A stretch of DNA of 63,983 nucleotides, filler included, from Octopus bimaculoides (lineage: Eukaryota): NCBI RefSeq assembly GCF_001194135.2. It is 5 parts of 5 records of this genome, joined end to end, with 100 filler letters (N's around TTAATTAATTAA, not from the genome) between each part and the next. Parts side by side here need not be neighbours in the genome. Positions count along the whole stretch, not along the records: positions 26,222 to 51,092 come from NC_068997.1; positions 51,193 to 62,786 come from NC_068996.1; 3 more parts are not named here. One strand, written 5' to 3'. How positions within the stretch are numbered: position 1 is the first letter of the stretch; each line of letters opens with the position of its first letter. The notes beneath the pieces are model-generated. The model searched no databases and was not told the DNA's origin. It worked only from the letters and a program-made list of their open reading frames with translations. Below, piece by piece: positions 36,802-51,427 of the stretch. A program made the translations under genes and the position numbers.

Positions 36802-38537
36802 CATATGTGTATGCGTCACACATATGTGCATGCGTCACACAAATGTGACCACACTCACGATAGACTTTCATGCAGCTTCGACCTTTCAACTTACAGCGTT
36901 TTTGTCTTAAACATAAAAAGAACATAAAAAGACATTTTGAACTTGGAATCTGTGGTTGTGAGGCGAACTCCAACACAGCCATGTCTACAGTTTTCACACA
37001 CACACACACTCAGTAAGTTTCTAAACATATTAATGCATTGGAGATGAATTGAAGAAATGTTTCTGAAACCAGGCGCATGGCTCTGCGGTAAGAGCGTCGG
37101 TTAACACGCATGAGGTAGTGAGTTCTATTCCTGGACCGGGCTATGTTGCTCTTCTTGAGCAAGGCACTTTATTTCACGTTGCTCCAGTTCAAGCAAAACA
37201 GAGAAAAGTAAATAAAATAAATATTTTAAATTTCATAGTCTCCCCCCGACTAAGTCGATTATCCTAATTTTATTCGGAAGGAGAAATTCACTAACAACTA
37301 CACCTAAAACTGAATCCACTCGAAGTTCACCTAAATATATAATACAAACGTGGCATGGGAAAATATATTACAAATGATTTTCCATTTGTCATGTTGCGGC
37401 AAGTAAGCTATTTTGGGTATTCTCACATCAATCGCATTAACCTGTAACATAATTAACCTGTAACATTTCTCTGACTAATTATAACCATAATATGGTATAT
37501 GATGTGTCATAATAATCTGGTGGTTTAAACCTCACCCAATACTGACCTTACATTGTATACAGCACATAGTAAATTAAACATTTCACACTCGATGTACTAG
37601 TAATGGCAACATGTGAAAGCAGCGAATGTTATACATCTTTCTCGTTACATTACTACCTGGATAAATAGTTGTAGCGAGAGCTGGAAATTTTGAATGCAGT
37701 GCGTACATTTTAATTGAGACATCTGTGTGTGTATAACGATAAACACACACACACACATATATATACACACATATATATATATATATATANNNNNNNNNNN
37801 NNNNNNNNNNNNNNNNNNNNNNNNNNNNNNNNNNNNNNNNNNNNNNNNNNNNNNNNNNNNNNNNNNNNNNNNNNNNNNNNNNNNNNNNNNNNNNNNNNNN
37901 NNNNNNNNNNNNNNNNNNNNNNNNNNNNNNNNNNNNNNNNNNNNNNNNNNNNNNNNNNNNNNNNNNNNNNNNNNNNNNNNNNNNNNNNNNNNNNNNNNNN
38001 NNNNNNNNNNNNNNNNNNNNNNNNNNNNNNNNNATATCGACCCCAGGACTTATTCTTTGTAAGCCTAGTACTTATTTTAACGGACTCTTTTGCCGAACTG
38101 CTAGTTTAAGGGGACGTAAACACACCAACATCGGTTGTCAAGCGATGGTGGGGGGACAAACACAAACACACAAACACATAGATTTTTATATATACGTAAC
38201 ATATGGTATAATTATAAACAGTATAAATTTTAGCCATTTCTTTATAGACTGCAAAAAAAAAATAATGAACAACCTTAATCGATTTTCGAACCTTATTGGT
38301 TTCCCATCAGATGCGACCACATCACTTTAACAATATCCGGAGAAGCAAGCAGCCAAATTGTTTATATACTCAACAAATGCAGCATTTACTCTATGAAGGA
38401 GTTCCTAATTTGCATACAGAAAGTGTTTAACACTATAAATAACAGTGGCCTGTTAACGGGGAACTTAGTCCACATAGTATCAAGGTATGATATAATATAT
38501 ACGTGTATATATATACGTGTTTGTGTGTATGTGTGTT

Positions 38538-38888
38538 GAGGCGCAGTGGTTAGGGTAACGGACTCGCGGTCGTTGGATGGCGGTTTCGTTTCTCAGATTG
38601 GGCGTTGTGAATGTTTATTGAGCGAAAAACACTTAAAGCCCCACGAGGCTCCGGCAGGGGGTGGTGGTGAACTCTACTGTACTCTTTCACCACAGCTTTC
38701 TCTCACTCTTTCTTCCTGTTTCTGTTGTACCTGTATTTCAAAGGGTCAGCCTTGTCACGCTGAATATCCCCGAGAACTATGTTAAGGGTACACGTGTCTG
38801 TGGAGTGCTCAGCCACTTACACGTTAATTTCACGCGTAGGCTGTTCCGTTGACTGGAAGCCTCGTCGTCATAACCGATGGAGTGCCGT
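38538..38888 (+). mobile_element. tRNA-derived SINE
   Basis: ggcgcagtggttag head; body shared with the 32769 family. Confidence 0.75.
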
Positions 38889-38896
38889 AATATGCA

Positions 38897-38935
<39 letters not shown>

Positions 38936-39269
38936 GACGGGCTTCTTTCAGTTTCCGCCTACCAAATCCACTCACAAAGCTTTAGTCAGCCCGAGAACCC
39001 ACAACCATATGGTTGATAAGCAAGCTACTTACCACACAGTCATTTCTACGCCCAGATATAATTATAATCAAGGGTATTGAGAAACAGCACCTACATGCTA
39101 GATATAACAGACGTCACATGACTCTAAAAACCACTTCAAATTACACTCCAATAGCCTTGTACTATTACACTCCAGTAGCACAATACTAAAGGAGTGTAAT
39201 TTGAAGTAGGCTTTGGAGTCATTTGACGTCTATCTCTAGCACGTGGGTGCTGTTTCTCAGTACCCTTGA

Positions 39270-39633
39270 TTAACTCCGCCTTCGCTAAGGCGGAGGTATT
39301 GTTTTCACTCGTGTTTGTTTGTCCGTGGACAAGATATCTCAAGAACCGCTCGATGGATTCGGATGAAACTTTCAGGGATGTTTGGCCTCGTGACTGACAC
39401 GAACTGATTAGATTTTGGGATCTATCCGGTACCAGACAAGGATTCCGGATCATTATTCCTGTTTTTTTTTTTACTTAATTTTTGAGAGCGGCCGGGTTCA
39501 TGTTTAATATTCTCCCTTGTGAGAGCAGTAAGATTTATTTCAGATATTCTCATTTTTCAAAATCGTCTCCGGCTAATCGTTGAGGTGACGCTGGTGTTGC
39601 CTTGGCGGAGGTTTGCACTCTCTGAGTGCTTTT
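39270..39633 (+). mobile_element. HINE/DINE-1-like non-autonomous Helentron derivative
   Basis: 5' hairpin CTCCGCCTT/AAGGCGGAG, 3' subterminal GGCGGAGGT complementary to the 5' motif, 3' stem-loop GCACTC-TCT-GAGTGC then T-run. Confidence 0.65.
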
Positions 39634-40549
39634 GTTATAATTATATTTATATGATTATATATCTATATTACTTATGCACATATGTTTATATATATTAACA
39701 TGTATATAAATATAAACATTTATGTTTGTATATAAATGTATATGTGTGTGTACACACACACGCACACATGCATTACATATCGCGCTATCGTTTTTCACAC
39801 TAATAAAAATTCAGGCTGACTCTAAAGTCTGAATTCACAGTCAAAAATGCATATTTTGAATGATTTATTCAAGCATGTTAATGAATAATATGTTCAGTAT
39901 ACTTCGCGCTGAAAAGTGAAGCAAAGTCCAAAACTGCTTACTGTGCCTTTGAATTTCTTTATTACTTCTCCCACTGTGAGAAAGACAACGAGATTCTTTC
40001 TGGGATGACGTGAGTAGAAAGTATCTACTATCTAGTGATAGGACCATCCCTTGCGTCCCCTGAATTTTACCACTTCAGCTCTTTCTTCTTTAACCAAATT
40101 CATAATCAACCTGCGGAAGAAAAGAAAATAAGAATATTAGTACTGCTTCTCAAGAATAAGGTACGAGCTGACAGAATCGCTAGCACGCCGGACAAAATGC
40201 TTAGCGGAATTTCGTCCGTCTTTACGTTTTGAGTTCAAATTCCGCCGAGGTCGTCTTTGCCTTTCGTTCTTTCTAGTCGATACCAGTTGGCACTGGGATT
40301 ACTACGTAATCGACTTACCCCAATATTACTGGACTCTTGCCAAAATTTGAAGCTAATATTTCCCAAGTATCCAGACTTTATGGTCACCTTGTGCTCCATA
40401 ACGTGTCGACGAGAAGCTGTATTAGAGTTGCAAAGATATTTTTTTTATGTCTGCCTCGGTGTATCGAATAATATATAATAAATTGCTTGTAGAATTTTTA
40501 GTATCACTGAAGCCATGACGAAAACATTCTTTAAACAGACAACACTAAT

Positions 40550-41396
40550 GGGGATTTTTTAATTTCCTTATTGACTTATTTTTCATTTTTTATTTCCTTA
40601 TTGACTTTTTTCTTATATTTTATTTTCCAGATAGCCGGTCGCTTGACTGTTCAGAAGCGTGCTAAGACACCAGCACGCTATGAAGTGTAGAATTTCATTG
40701 TTTTGGCTCAGAGACGGTGGTGTGCATGCAAAGGTAAGCATGGAACACTACGTCCAGAAACAATAAAAAGTTGTCATGCAAAGCTGATGACCACGGGTTC
40801 AAGGACCAATGCAAGCAGATGTGGCCGTCCAACCAAATCCGGATCAGTTGAGACCATGGCAACAGTGCAGGAAATGTTTAATCGCAGCCCGCAAAAATCA
40901 ACAATCCAGGCAGCTCGTGAAAGTGGACTAACAAGACGCACAATACGTACGGTGTTGCATAAACAATTGAGTTTTTGTCTGTGGAAAGCCCATTACGTGC
41001 AGGAGCTAAAACCTGAAGACTGAGATCGCAGATGTCCAGAAATCTAGAAGTTCAGAACTCCAAGAAGTTCAGATCTCACTCCATGTGATTTTTCCTTGTT
41101 GAGTTACACAAATTAGGTGTACAAACAAACCCCGCACATGGGAGGACTTGGAAACACGGATTCCGGGTGATTCTCAGTGATATCCCAGACGACGTCCTTC
41201 AGATGTTTGTTCATTCCATCCCTGGCCGTTTGAGGAAACTTGCTGACGCCACCGGTGCTTACATTGGAATATGAAGATTTACTTTCATTTTCCCGTATAA
41301 CAAATAACATATATCACTCGTTTCAATAAATTTGTAAAAGGAAATTGGATTTGATTATCAATTTTTAATGCCTACTTACTTTTCACTCATCCTGTA
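40550..41396 (+). mobile_element. Internally deleted Tc1/mariner element
   Basis: HTH-like RSPQKSTIQAARESGL..TIRTVLHKQL..KAHYVQEL; SDLTPCDF motif; terminus cactcatcctg+TA. Confidence 0.75.
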
Positions 41397-42005
41397 TATT
41401 CTCAAGAAACTTTCACAGTTTATGTCAGGATTGTATGAAACTGGGGTACGTTTACTTTATGAACCAACATTTTAGGCTCTGTTCTGGAAGCAAATATCCT
41501 GAGTTGTCTCCGTCAGCCCCAATATTGATGTAGCTTCATTCATTGCTTGAAATAAATATAAATGTACTTTTCTAACATTACTGAAATACGGGATCTAAGT
41601 ATTTTTCAAAAAATTATCCTTTAGCAACTGTATACTATAAATAATTGACGCTATCACTGATAGTGAAGAAGTTCGCTTTACAATCATGAGGCTCCAGGTT
41701 CAAGCCCAGAGTGTGACATCTAGGCTGTATGCAAGCTTTGTCAGTGTAATTGAGTAGATGGATACTGTTTAAATGTCTCTCTGATGTCCCACCTCATATT
41801 CTAATGTCACACATTATCATTCTTTTATTCTTTTACTTGTTTTAGTCATTTGATTGCGGCCATGCTGAAGCACCACCTTGAAGGGTTTTAGTCGAACAAA
41901 TCAGCCCAGGCTGTGAGTCAAGTACATATTTTATTGGTCTCTTTTGCCGAGCCGCTAAGTTACGGGTACCTCAACATCGGTTGTGAAGCGGTTATGGGGA
42001 GACAA

Positions 42006-42036
<31 letters not shown>

Positions 42037-43971
42037 CGACGGTTTTCTTTAAATTTCCGTCTGCCAAATCCATTCACAAGACTTTCGTCGGCCCGAGGCT
42101 AAATTGGAAGACACCTGCCCAAGGTGCCACGCAGTGGGACTGAACCCGGAACCATGTGGTTAGGAAGCAAGTTTCTTACTACACAGCCACGCCTACGCCT
42201 ATCATGCTGATTTCTCCTCAAAATTACGGATAGATGTGTCTGCGAATAATCAAAACATTCATTGTGAGGAACGGCGAAGATCCATTTACAATAAGCGAGT
42301 GACAATAACAGTTTAATGCAGTTCGGCATGCGCAACATGTTCGAGAGAAGAAACGACACTCTATGTTGGGTTTGTAATGATTTCAACCTAGAAATAATGA
42401 AGTCACAGTGATAAATGAACCCGAGGCCAAAATAACAAACTTATGTTGCCTCTTTAAATAATCTCTTGAAGTGGTCGTCCCTCAACTTCACAAAACTCAG
42501 TGCGCAGAAGGGGAGGGTTTGGGGTGTAAAGCAGAACCTGGAAAGACAGAACCTCCCTATTTTCTAAATAAGGCTGTATGTTTGAATGAATTTTACTTTC
42601 TATTTTCCGTAAGGTTTCGAAGGATACAAAAATCCAGAAATATTCATAACAAGTTCCAATCTGTTGAACCTGTTGAAACAGTGTTGGCCGCTTACTTTCT
42701 TATACAAAGACCGAAATCTTTGACCACAGATTTGGTTAATTAAGAATAGGGTTTCGGGTTCAATTCCTCTGTGTAACACGTTAGGTAAATGATTTTTATA
42801 GCTTAGATTTGAAAAAATGTCATATAAATAAAAATTGGTAGATGGAAACTGCTTGGAAGCCTGTCAGAAGAATCACCACCTTTTACTGAATATACGTAAC
42901 TTGTACTCGGGTCAGGTTTTCAGTCCGAGGATAACTTCCTTCCTCCCTCTAATCATGCCGACTCCGGGAAGGTCCATAGCCACCGTCCCTCCTCCTCTGG
43001 TTAATTTAAGAGAGAGAAAAGAGGGAAAACATTAGCGAAAAAGCCTTTGTAAAAGTATTTGTAATAGATGACTCACAGACAGTGAAATAGCTTCTTGTCA
43101 ACTTGTGTCGAATCAATAGATGTGTAGCGTTTATTCATAAACTATTGTTATAGTTATTAGTCAGAAACTATTGAGACACAATATCAACCACTGTAAGACA
43201 GAGAGACATTTTGACTTGACCAAGCAAATACAGCAGCCATATTTCCTATACATCCGATCTTAAGAAAAGGAAGAAGAAACGGCATAATGTAGTGCCATAT
43301 ATGAAATGCGCTGCAAAAACAAGTCACGGCTGGAACGTATATTAGTATAAGTTTGCTGGATGTATGCAAATGTATATATATAAATATGTGTGTGTGTGTT
43401 ACCGAAATATTAGCGCCAAGCAGTGTTTAGGCATAAGAAAAGTTTAGGTTAGTTAAAATATGTTTGACATAGTTCAACTGATGTGTGTGTGTGTGTGTGT
43501 GTGTGTGTGAGTATATGTGTGTGTGTGAGTATATATGTGTCTGAGTGTATAAGTATAAAAAACGCAACGTGTAATACAATGTAGTTCACAGTTTCATGCG
43601 TCCATTGAAATTTTTGTGTTTTATTGGTTGTCTGAATACGTTTTGTGATTTGATTGCTTTTGTGGCTTCGTGGTGGGACGTGGTTTCCACTCGTCGAGTT
43701 TTTGTAGTTAGTTGAGGTACGCGTTGTGTTCTCTTTTATGAGCTCTTCTTAATGACATGTTCACTCCTTCTGTAACCAAAGTGCATTTTTTCGTCCTTGT
43801 AATATGTGCAAGTTATGGTTTGTGCAGTTTTGCGGGGTGCTGCAACTCATATTACAGAGGCGGTGAATTTGTTCTAATTTTCTGCGTAGGATTTCCTTAT
43901 TTAATGCGATTTTAGTGGACAAGTAAAGCTTGTCTACGAAATGATTTCACTGCTCATATGCTATATCTATT

Positions 43972-44418
43972 GAAGGTGACAGAATCTGACAGAATCGTTA
44001 GTACGCCGGACAAAATGCTTAGCTGTATTTCGTCTGGTTTTACGTTCTGAGTTCAAATTCCGCCGAGATCGTTTTTCATTCTTTCGGAGTCGATGAAATA
44101 AATACCAGCTGGGTACTGGAGTTGATGTAATTGATTTTTCCCCTCCCCCGAAATTGCTGGCTTTGCATCAAAATTTGAAACCGACATTTTATAGCCATGG
44201 AAGGTGACGAGCTGGCAGAATCGTTAGCACACCAGGCAAAATACTTGCCGGCATTTCGTCCGTCTTTACGTTCTGAGTTCAAATTCCACCGAGGTCGACT
44301 TTGCCTTTCATCCTTTCGGAGACGTTAAAATAAGTAGCAGCTGAGTACTTGGAGTCGATGTAATCAACTTACGTCTCTCTCCGAACTTACTGGCCCTATT
44401 ACAAAATTTGAAATCAAT
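43972..44418 (+). mobile_element. Two tandem SINE copies (same family at 40155 + and two copies at 54530-54935 -)
   Basis: gaaggtgac..gcagaatcgttag..ttacgttctgagttcaaattcc.ccgaggtc repeated at 43972 and 44200. Confidence 0.75.
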
Positions 44419-45779
44419 ATTTTATATGTATGGAAACACTCACTACCACTGTGCATGTATAGCCATTTAGTGTGTGTATGTGTGTGTGTGTGTGTGTGCG
44501 TGTGTGTGTGTGCGTGTGTGTGTGTACTGAGATGCTATGTGTACTGTTACTTTATTACTACATTTATATCTAAGCATGAGTTGTAGTCTGGATTTATGGG
44601 AGAGATATGTTAGATTGTATACGTAATGGAGAACTACTTTATGAGTCATATTGTTAATCTGACACCTCTTTTATTTGTAGCAGTCACAAGGAACAGAGCA
44701 TCAGCATATCAATAGCATGTTGTCTGCTTAAAATTGCGAGTAACTTCGTTTTCTATGTTATCCACGAGGACACCGTTATTGTGAGCCCTAGAAGAGGACA
44801 CAATGGTTCCCCACCCCAGCTGAGTGTATAGCTTGCTTTGTGGACAACGGATGTAAACCTTAGTTGTACAAGTCAACAGAAACTTAGTGTAATGGTCTTT
44901 ATTGTATGGTATGTGTGCACGTTATATTCAAGCTTGTTTACATTTCTTATTTACAGCTGCATGAGTAAAAAGTCTTTCGATATTCGTGCTGGAGTTGTTT
45001 TGCATTTTCTTCTGTTTCCCGTATAATTTTTATGAACTTATCCAATGATTCTATGCCACATTTCTCTGGTATATATTTCTTTACGAGAGTGTTAAGCGAT
45101 TCTAAGTTTCAGTGTGTTGCTTTGGAAGATTACGGACCGAGGAGGGCTATTTTATTTGTACATTTTAAAAATGTCGAAGACGCATGCAGGGATAAACTTT
45201 CTGATGTGCTGTAAATGGAACACATTATTTGAGCGTTAGCAACAGCAATTAATTTAATTAGTTTGAATTTTAGTTTTGCAGTATTATCTTTCTAAATTTT
45301 GATGAATTTCCTGTTATCGGAAAGGAAATTATATACTTTTTTAATATACTCATCATTATCCATAATAACAAATAGGTTGTTCTTATCACTTTTGCAAATA
45401 ATAATATTTTTCCTTATATACATTAATTATATATTCTAGTGGGCTCACTCCCGATTCTCACTTTTAGTTTTGTTGTTGCGGTTGCTGGATATCCGGATTA
45501 TTTGTAAGAAATCTTTTAAAAAATAAAAGTAAACACTAATGTTTGTGGAAAAATATTAAATTCATTATCGAAAATATGCTGAAAATAAATTGCATATTTA
45601 AAAGTCTTTCTTTCTTTTTCTTTGCTTTTTTTTATGCTAAAGTCTTCTTGCCACCAAAATGTACTTATACCACACTAAATATGCGAAATATGCGTCTTTG
45701 ATCTCAAATTGTAGTGCAGATTACTCAAGAAAATACAATTTTTATTTTATTTAGCATTGCAATATCATGTGATCTAATG

Positions 45780-47640
45780 CTTTTCCCTGATAGTGCAACA
45801 TACGGAGTTGCTCATGAGTAAATATTTCGGGCTTGAAATCAAACCATTTAACCATTTATGGAGTCTGTAGAAACAGTTGTAGAAGGAACTGTCAAGATTA
45901 ATTGCAGCAACTTCACAGCTTCGAGGAACGTTTGGGTCAGTTTATTTTCAAATATAAAATCAAGCAAAGTTTTAACGGGTTCATCTCGAAACACATACAT
46001 TGTAAATTCCAGCTAAATCCGCTTTCAGTCTTATAATGTCGAAAAAGTTTCTATAGTTCTTTTCTAAACTTTCAAATGCATCCTTATCAACTTGGCAAGC
46101 AAGATCTTGAAATTTATTTTAATGAACTAATGAAATAAACTTTAAGTTTTTGAAATCAGCAAATCGTGTTTTCATCTTCTTCAATATATCATCAAATATT
46201 TCCATTCTTTCTTCTTTAACTGAACCTTTCGTAAGATGTTTTGATTTAGTTAAGTTATTTTCTCTGCAACCTTTTTCAAACTTTACATACAAATCGTCGA
46301 AACTTTTATTGGTCCGTTAATCCCCTCAACGCAGTGTGAAATATCTATCATTTTGGTTTGTAGGACATTAAAAAGAGTGTCAGTTTTAATGAAAATTTCA
46401 TTATAAACCGCCAGAAAAACGTATGTTGAGTTTTTTGTTGGCCACTCATAAAACCCATTGCTTCTCACTAAAGTATCTGGATCCCACAACACAGGATTAT
46501 TGCTCATACTGTTGAAGAGTTTGCAAAGGTCACAATGGTATTGTAAAATAGTCTCCATCTCGTTGGTGCTGCCTTTGGAATGCGTTTTTTCATTATCTCA
46601 AGTTGCGTTCGTTTTGTAGTGTGATGGAAAAATGAGGTAAGTGTGTCACTGTTCTTGAAAAAGCTTGTATATTCAGGTATGAATTTTGCTGACTAAGAAC
46701 ATGATTTAACTTATGAGTATAATAGTGAGTAAATAAAGTTGCTGGTGCTTTTTCTCATACTTTAACTTGAACGCCATTTAAATTGGATGCCATCACTAAT
46801 GCCCCATCGTACGTCTACATTAGAAGCTTCTCACAACAGTCGTATTGATACAAATGATTAAATATACACTCCGTTACACCTCCAAAGTTCTGTCCTTAAG
46901 AATGTCAAATCCTATAAAGACTTCTTTGATATCAGAGTCCAACACGTGCCTCAATACTATAGAACAGAGCTGTACATGAAATATCTGTCGTTTCATCCGC
47001 TTCTAGAGGAAAGAACGAGGCTTGTGCGAGTTCTTTAATATTATTATCTACGATCGTGCTTACCTCTTCTATCAAATGATTTTGTATCTTAGAAAGGCCA
47101 AATAAAACTGATGGATTCTGTAAATGTTGTGTCAATTAGTCATCAAATATAGCAGTATAGTTCAGTAACTCAACATAGTTACTACGATTTCTGTTCATTA
47201 TCTCTGCGAAAGCAAGCTCCTGTTTAATCAAGAAACAAGTAGCAGAAATAATTTTTTTTTAAATATATCTCTTTTCTCTTTAACTTTTTTATTGTGAACT
47301 TCAATGCTGACAGACTTCTATTTATCTAAAAGCAAGTCGATTCGTGTAGATCCAAATATTTTCAATGATATTTGGCTTTCATAATGCGCTGCTGATCTTT
47401 CGTGTTTACTTAAAGCATTGGTCAAATTATTTACATCACAATATCCTTCTTTTACCCACTCACTTTCACTAGATACAGAAAATAGTAAACATGGGAAACC
47501 AAAGAGCCCTTTTGTTGTAGTACAACCACACAACCACTCTTTCTTGCTGTACCAAGCAGTTTGAAATGTTCTAATAATTTTTATCCCTTTCTGTTGTTTT
47601 AGGTCCTTAAGTTCTGGTGTTGGTCTACCATTTTTTACAA
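45780..47640 (-). pseudogene. Decayed hAT transposase (ZMYM1-like family)
   Basis: TTF-like LFGFPCLLF..W...KHERS..H; SKIQNHLIE; LEADETTDIS catalytic motif; LILTVPSTTVS dimerisation region. Confidence 0.8.
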
Positions 47641-48779
47641 TTTGTCTCTTTTATTCATACGATAGTTTTGAAAATGTCTTACGAAAGGGGGAAAACATGA
47701 AAATAAATGGAAATGAGCTAAAATTGAAAGTAAAGCACACAAAGAATAAGTGAAACAGACACGTGACTGAGCTGGAGCCAGATTTACTTCTGCCTTTATA
47801 ACACGTGTAGAAAACGGTGTTGCAGGAGTGTACACGGCACGTATACTACAGCAGTACTAAGCGTAGCTTAAACACTAAGATTGAAAGGCAGGGTAGAATT
47901 ATGCCTGCCTAATCTACAAAAAGATGAATAAAATATTTTGTATTTTATGTATAGTAATCAGGGTAACCTTCATAATTTTATTGAATTAGTCTCATATTTT
48001 GTCATAAAAGGAAACTGTTGCTATCGATCTATTTTATTCAAGATAGGCACTGCGTACCTTGCCTATCTAGACGGCACATCCCTGCTAAAAACGAACACCA
48101 ACGACAGCTAAGGGCTGACCCTGCTGCACAGATTGGCGTCTCCTTCGGGAATGAGGGACTTTTTGTAACCTCTGTCGCCTGAATACATCGATAATCCAGT
48201 TATATTCAAACTACATAAACGTGTAGGACTCGAAACTGGGATTTTGAGTTAATTATGCACGACACCGTTATCCGTTATTGGATAACTAGAAAATTATTAT
48301 AATGTTGGTGTGCCAACAAATGAACCAGCGATGTACCAAAACATTGGATAGTCTAGTTATATATAAAGATATATATTAATGATTCATATAAGTGTATGTG
48401 TGTGCGTTTGTGGTCAATAAGAAGAAGGTCAAAGCTCCCTGTAACATCGCTAGGAAGAGTAAAGTTATCATAAATTGACTAAAGGTGTTAATCGGGCGTA
48501 CAATCGAAACGAGAAAAGTGTATTAAAGGTCAATACTAAAAAAAATCACAAAACATAAATAAAATGATTACAGAAAAAATAAAACATTGCAATAAATTAA
48601 CCTGGTTTGTAGCAAATATAAAAATGCACCATTAAAAGTTTGACAATTCTGAAGAAGATACAGTTTCAATGAAGTAAATACAAAAAGACATGAGTAGCTT
48701 TGTTAGAGAACATCGCAAACTTGGAAAATTGAGTGACAATCATCAACTATAATGATTAAAAATCCCGGAAAAGTACGTA

Positions 48780-49040
48780 CATCTTATCTGCCAATGTTGG
48801 CTTTTGTGATTTTATTAACAGTGTCTTAAACACAACTGAAAAGGACAGAGCCAAACACTCGTACACCTGCCCCCAACAACCAAAAGAAACCTTGAAGGAA
48901 ACTGTGATATAAATAAGGGTGGAAGTGGAATATATGTTAAAACTGACAACCCTGACTCTTTCACGTTATACATTAGTAATATCAAATATAGCAAACTGTC
49001 TGAACTTGAGATTATAACGCTTTTTATTAAAGTAAGATCC
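48780..49040 (+). mobile_element. Possible APE endonuclease fragment of a CR1/L2-like LINE
   Basis: KGGSGIYVK...SELEIITLFIK resembles the GGGVAIYVK APE motif; heavily decayed. Confidence 0.3.
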
Positions 49041-50176
49041 ACTTCATACAGATTGTATGTAACTGAAACTAAATGTATATTGTTGGCTTAAATTTCATTT
49101 TCCTGTCATTGATTTTCGAAGGAAGAATTTTTAGTCCAGTTTAGTTCGCAGTCTACCATTTACCCATGGCAGTGGGTGAATATATTCTTAAGGTCAACTT
49201 TTACTTATTCGTGAGCACTTCTAGGTTTCATCACTTATTTAGTTCTCAATCAAATTGAATGCAGTTTTCTTTTAAGCAATGACGGTCTAGTCTTCAGCTA
49301 CACTTTGAGATCAGATAATTGAAAAGTGGTTCATTAAAAAAAAGTTAGGACAAAATATGTGAGGTCAAAAATGTGAAAGTAAGGCGAAAAATTGAGTTTG
49401 CATCAAAATATCTATTATTCTAAAAGAAAAGGATAGATTAATTGAATTTAAAAGAATGTGCTCACTGAGAAAAATCTTTTGATAAAAACCGCTTTAAAAA
49501 GTATGAGCTAGGAAAAAGTTGCGTGGCTTCAAGTGACGTAAAAAATGGTAAGTAACGCCAAAAATCGACTTTATTTCAAAATATCTCAGCTAATATTGAA
49601 GAAAACTATATAATAGTTGTGTTCAAATGAAACAACTCTATGAGATAAATCTTATGCTGAAAACCTCGTCAAAAAATACTGGCGACGAAAAATGTGGTGC
49701 GGCTTTAAGTAACAGAAAAATGATCGTTTTAACAAATTAACACATTTTTGTCATGTTAAAATATTTGACGTTATAAAAGACATCTGATGTCATTTATCGT
49801 TTAGCTCAATAGTATATTCCACTTAGCTAGAGTTTAAAAGGTAGGGGTTCGATCCTCTGTAGTGATGTGCTAACCATAATTCTTCGGTTTGTTCAAGGTA
49901 TTGTGAAAACCTTGATTTCTAAGGGAATGGTGAAAACCTTGTCAAAAAATATTAGATACGAAAACTATTGTTTGCCTTTCAGTGACGAATAAAAAAGAGA
50001 CGATAATTTTTTTTTAATTTCCAGTTTTCCCTGTTATAATGTAAGAGAGTAGAGCCAGTCAACCATGAAGTCTTGCATAAAACAGTTGGAGAACAGGACC
50101 TTTTATTTTGAAAAGAAGAAAGAAAAAGAGAAAGCGAATAATAATAATAATAATAACGATAAAAATTATAATAATA

Positions 50177-50227
<51 letters not shown>

Positions 50228-50228
<1 letters not shown>

Positions 50229-50353
50229 TCCTACGCAAAACACTTTCAATACAGTAACCATAAGAGCATCACAGCAAACCACAGCACATACCCAAGGCAC
50301 ACAGCTGCGCTCGGTAGTGAAGTGAAAGAACGTTATAAAAATAAAACTACTGA
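50228..50353 (+). mobile_element. Dong/R4 3' stub inserted in (AAT)n
   Basis: Near-identical to 61743-61870; (AAT)n on both sides. Confidence 0.8.
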
Positions 50354-50439
50354 ACAATAATAATAACAATAATAAATAAATAACAAAGTAAGAGAAGAGA
50401 GAGAAAAGAAGGAATAAAAAATAAATAAATAGAATAAAT

Positions 50440-51091
50440 AAAATAGACTACACAATACGACACATTCACTCGCCAATCACTCATAAAATCTTAATGTAGT
50501 TCTACAAGAAGTAACACCAGAGGACTACCACGCGTTTACAGACTCATGGTAGAGCCTCCACTTTCTATAAAGTTCCTCTTCCTTGCTTTCATTGTATGAC
50601 CTGTTTCTTCTTTTCAATTGGATATCTCTCGTGCACAAAGTATCTAAAATACTTGAAGGTGAGAGTGGTTTTTGACACTTTGCTTTTATATATAAAAAAC
50701 TTTGCTAATAAAATTAGCAAGTCAAAGATCCATCAGTATATGTGTTTTTTCTCAACCCGAATAGAATGAGCTGTGGGTCAAGTTTCATGTTGCGAACGTG
50801 TATGCACTTTTCATACAGCAAATCTAAGAAGCGTTGCCAGAAGTCTTGTACACATTCATAATACCAGAAAAGGTGTGATACCGTTTCCACCTCACGTTGA
50901 TAAAAAGTGCACAGGTTGCTTTCGGCCAATTTAATTTTGAATTACCTAGAGAATTAGTTGCTAGAATATTGTGTATAACTCTGAACTGGAACCATCGTAG
51001 TTTAGTATCTCTTGTTGTCTTTATAGGTAGCAAAGATATTCCTTCCCATTCCGGTTCATCAAGCATGCACTCTTCCCATTTGTGTCTGAAT
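50440..51091 (-). mobile_element. L1/Tx1-clade LINE 3' fragment (zf-RVT region)
   Basis: DTKLRWFQFRVIHNILATN and CTFYQREVETVSHLFWYYECVQDFW motifs. Confidence 0.8.
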
Positions 51092-51392
51092 ANNNNNNNN
51101 NNNNNNNNNNNNNNNNNNNNNNNNNNNNNNNNNNNNTTAATTAATTAANNNNNNNNNNNNNNNNNNNNNNNNNNNNNNNNNNNNNNNNNNNNTGTTATTC
51201 TTTTTAGTTTCGCTATTTTTTGCTCGTTCGACTGGTACCCAACGGGGATTTCACCTTGAATTGTTTTTGTCGATTATAACAACACCACTATTTATATCAG
51301 TCTGGTACTCCTTTTAATCGGGTACCAAAATATTTGCATACGCACGCATATAACTGTGTGTATGTCTACGATGCATGTGGTGTGTGTGTGTG

Positions 51393-51427
<35 letters not shown>

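Noticed and set aside
43680-43900. Possible PLE remnant (minus MSCSTPQNCTNHNLHIL)
   Set aside because: Similarity to the PLE SYS..N...HN motif is too weak to support
45187-48084. CAGGGAT/ATCCCTG as hAT terminal inverted repeats
   Set aside because: Only 7 bp match and no 8-bp target duplication
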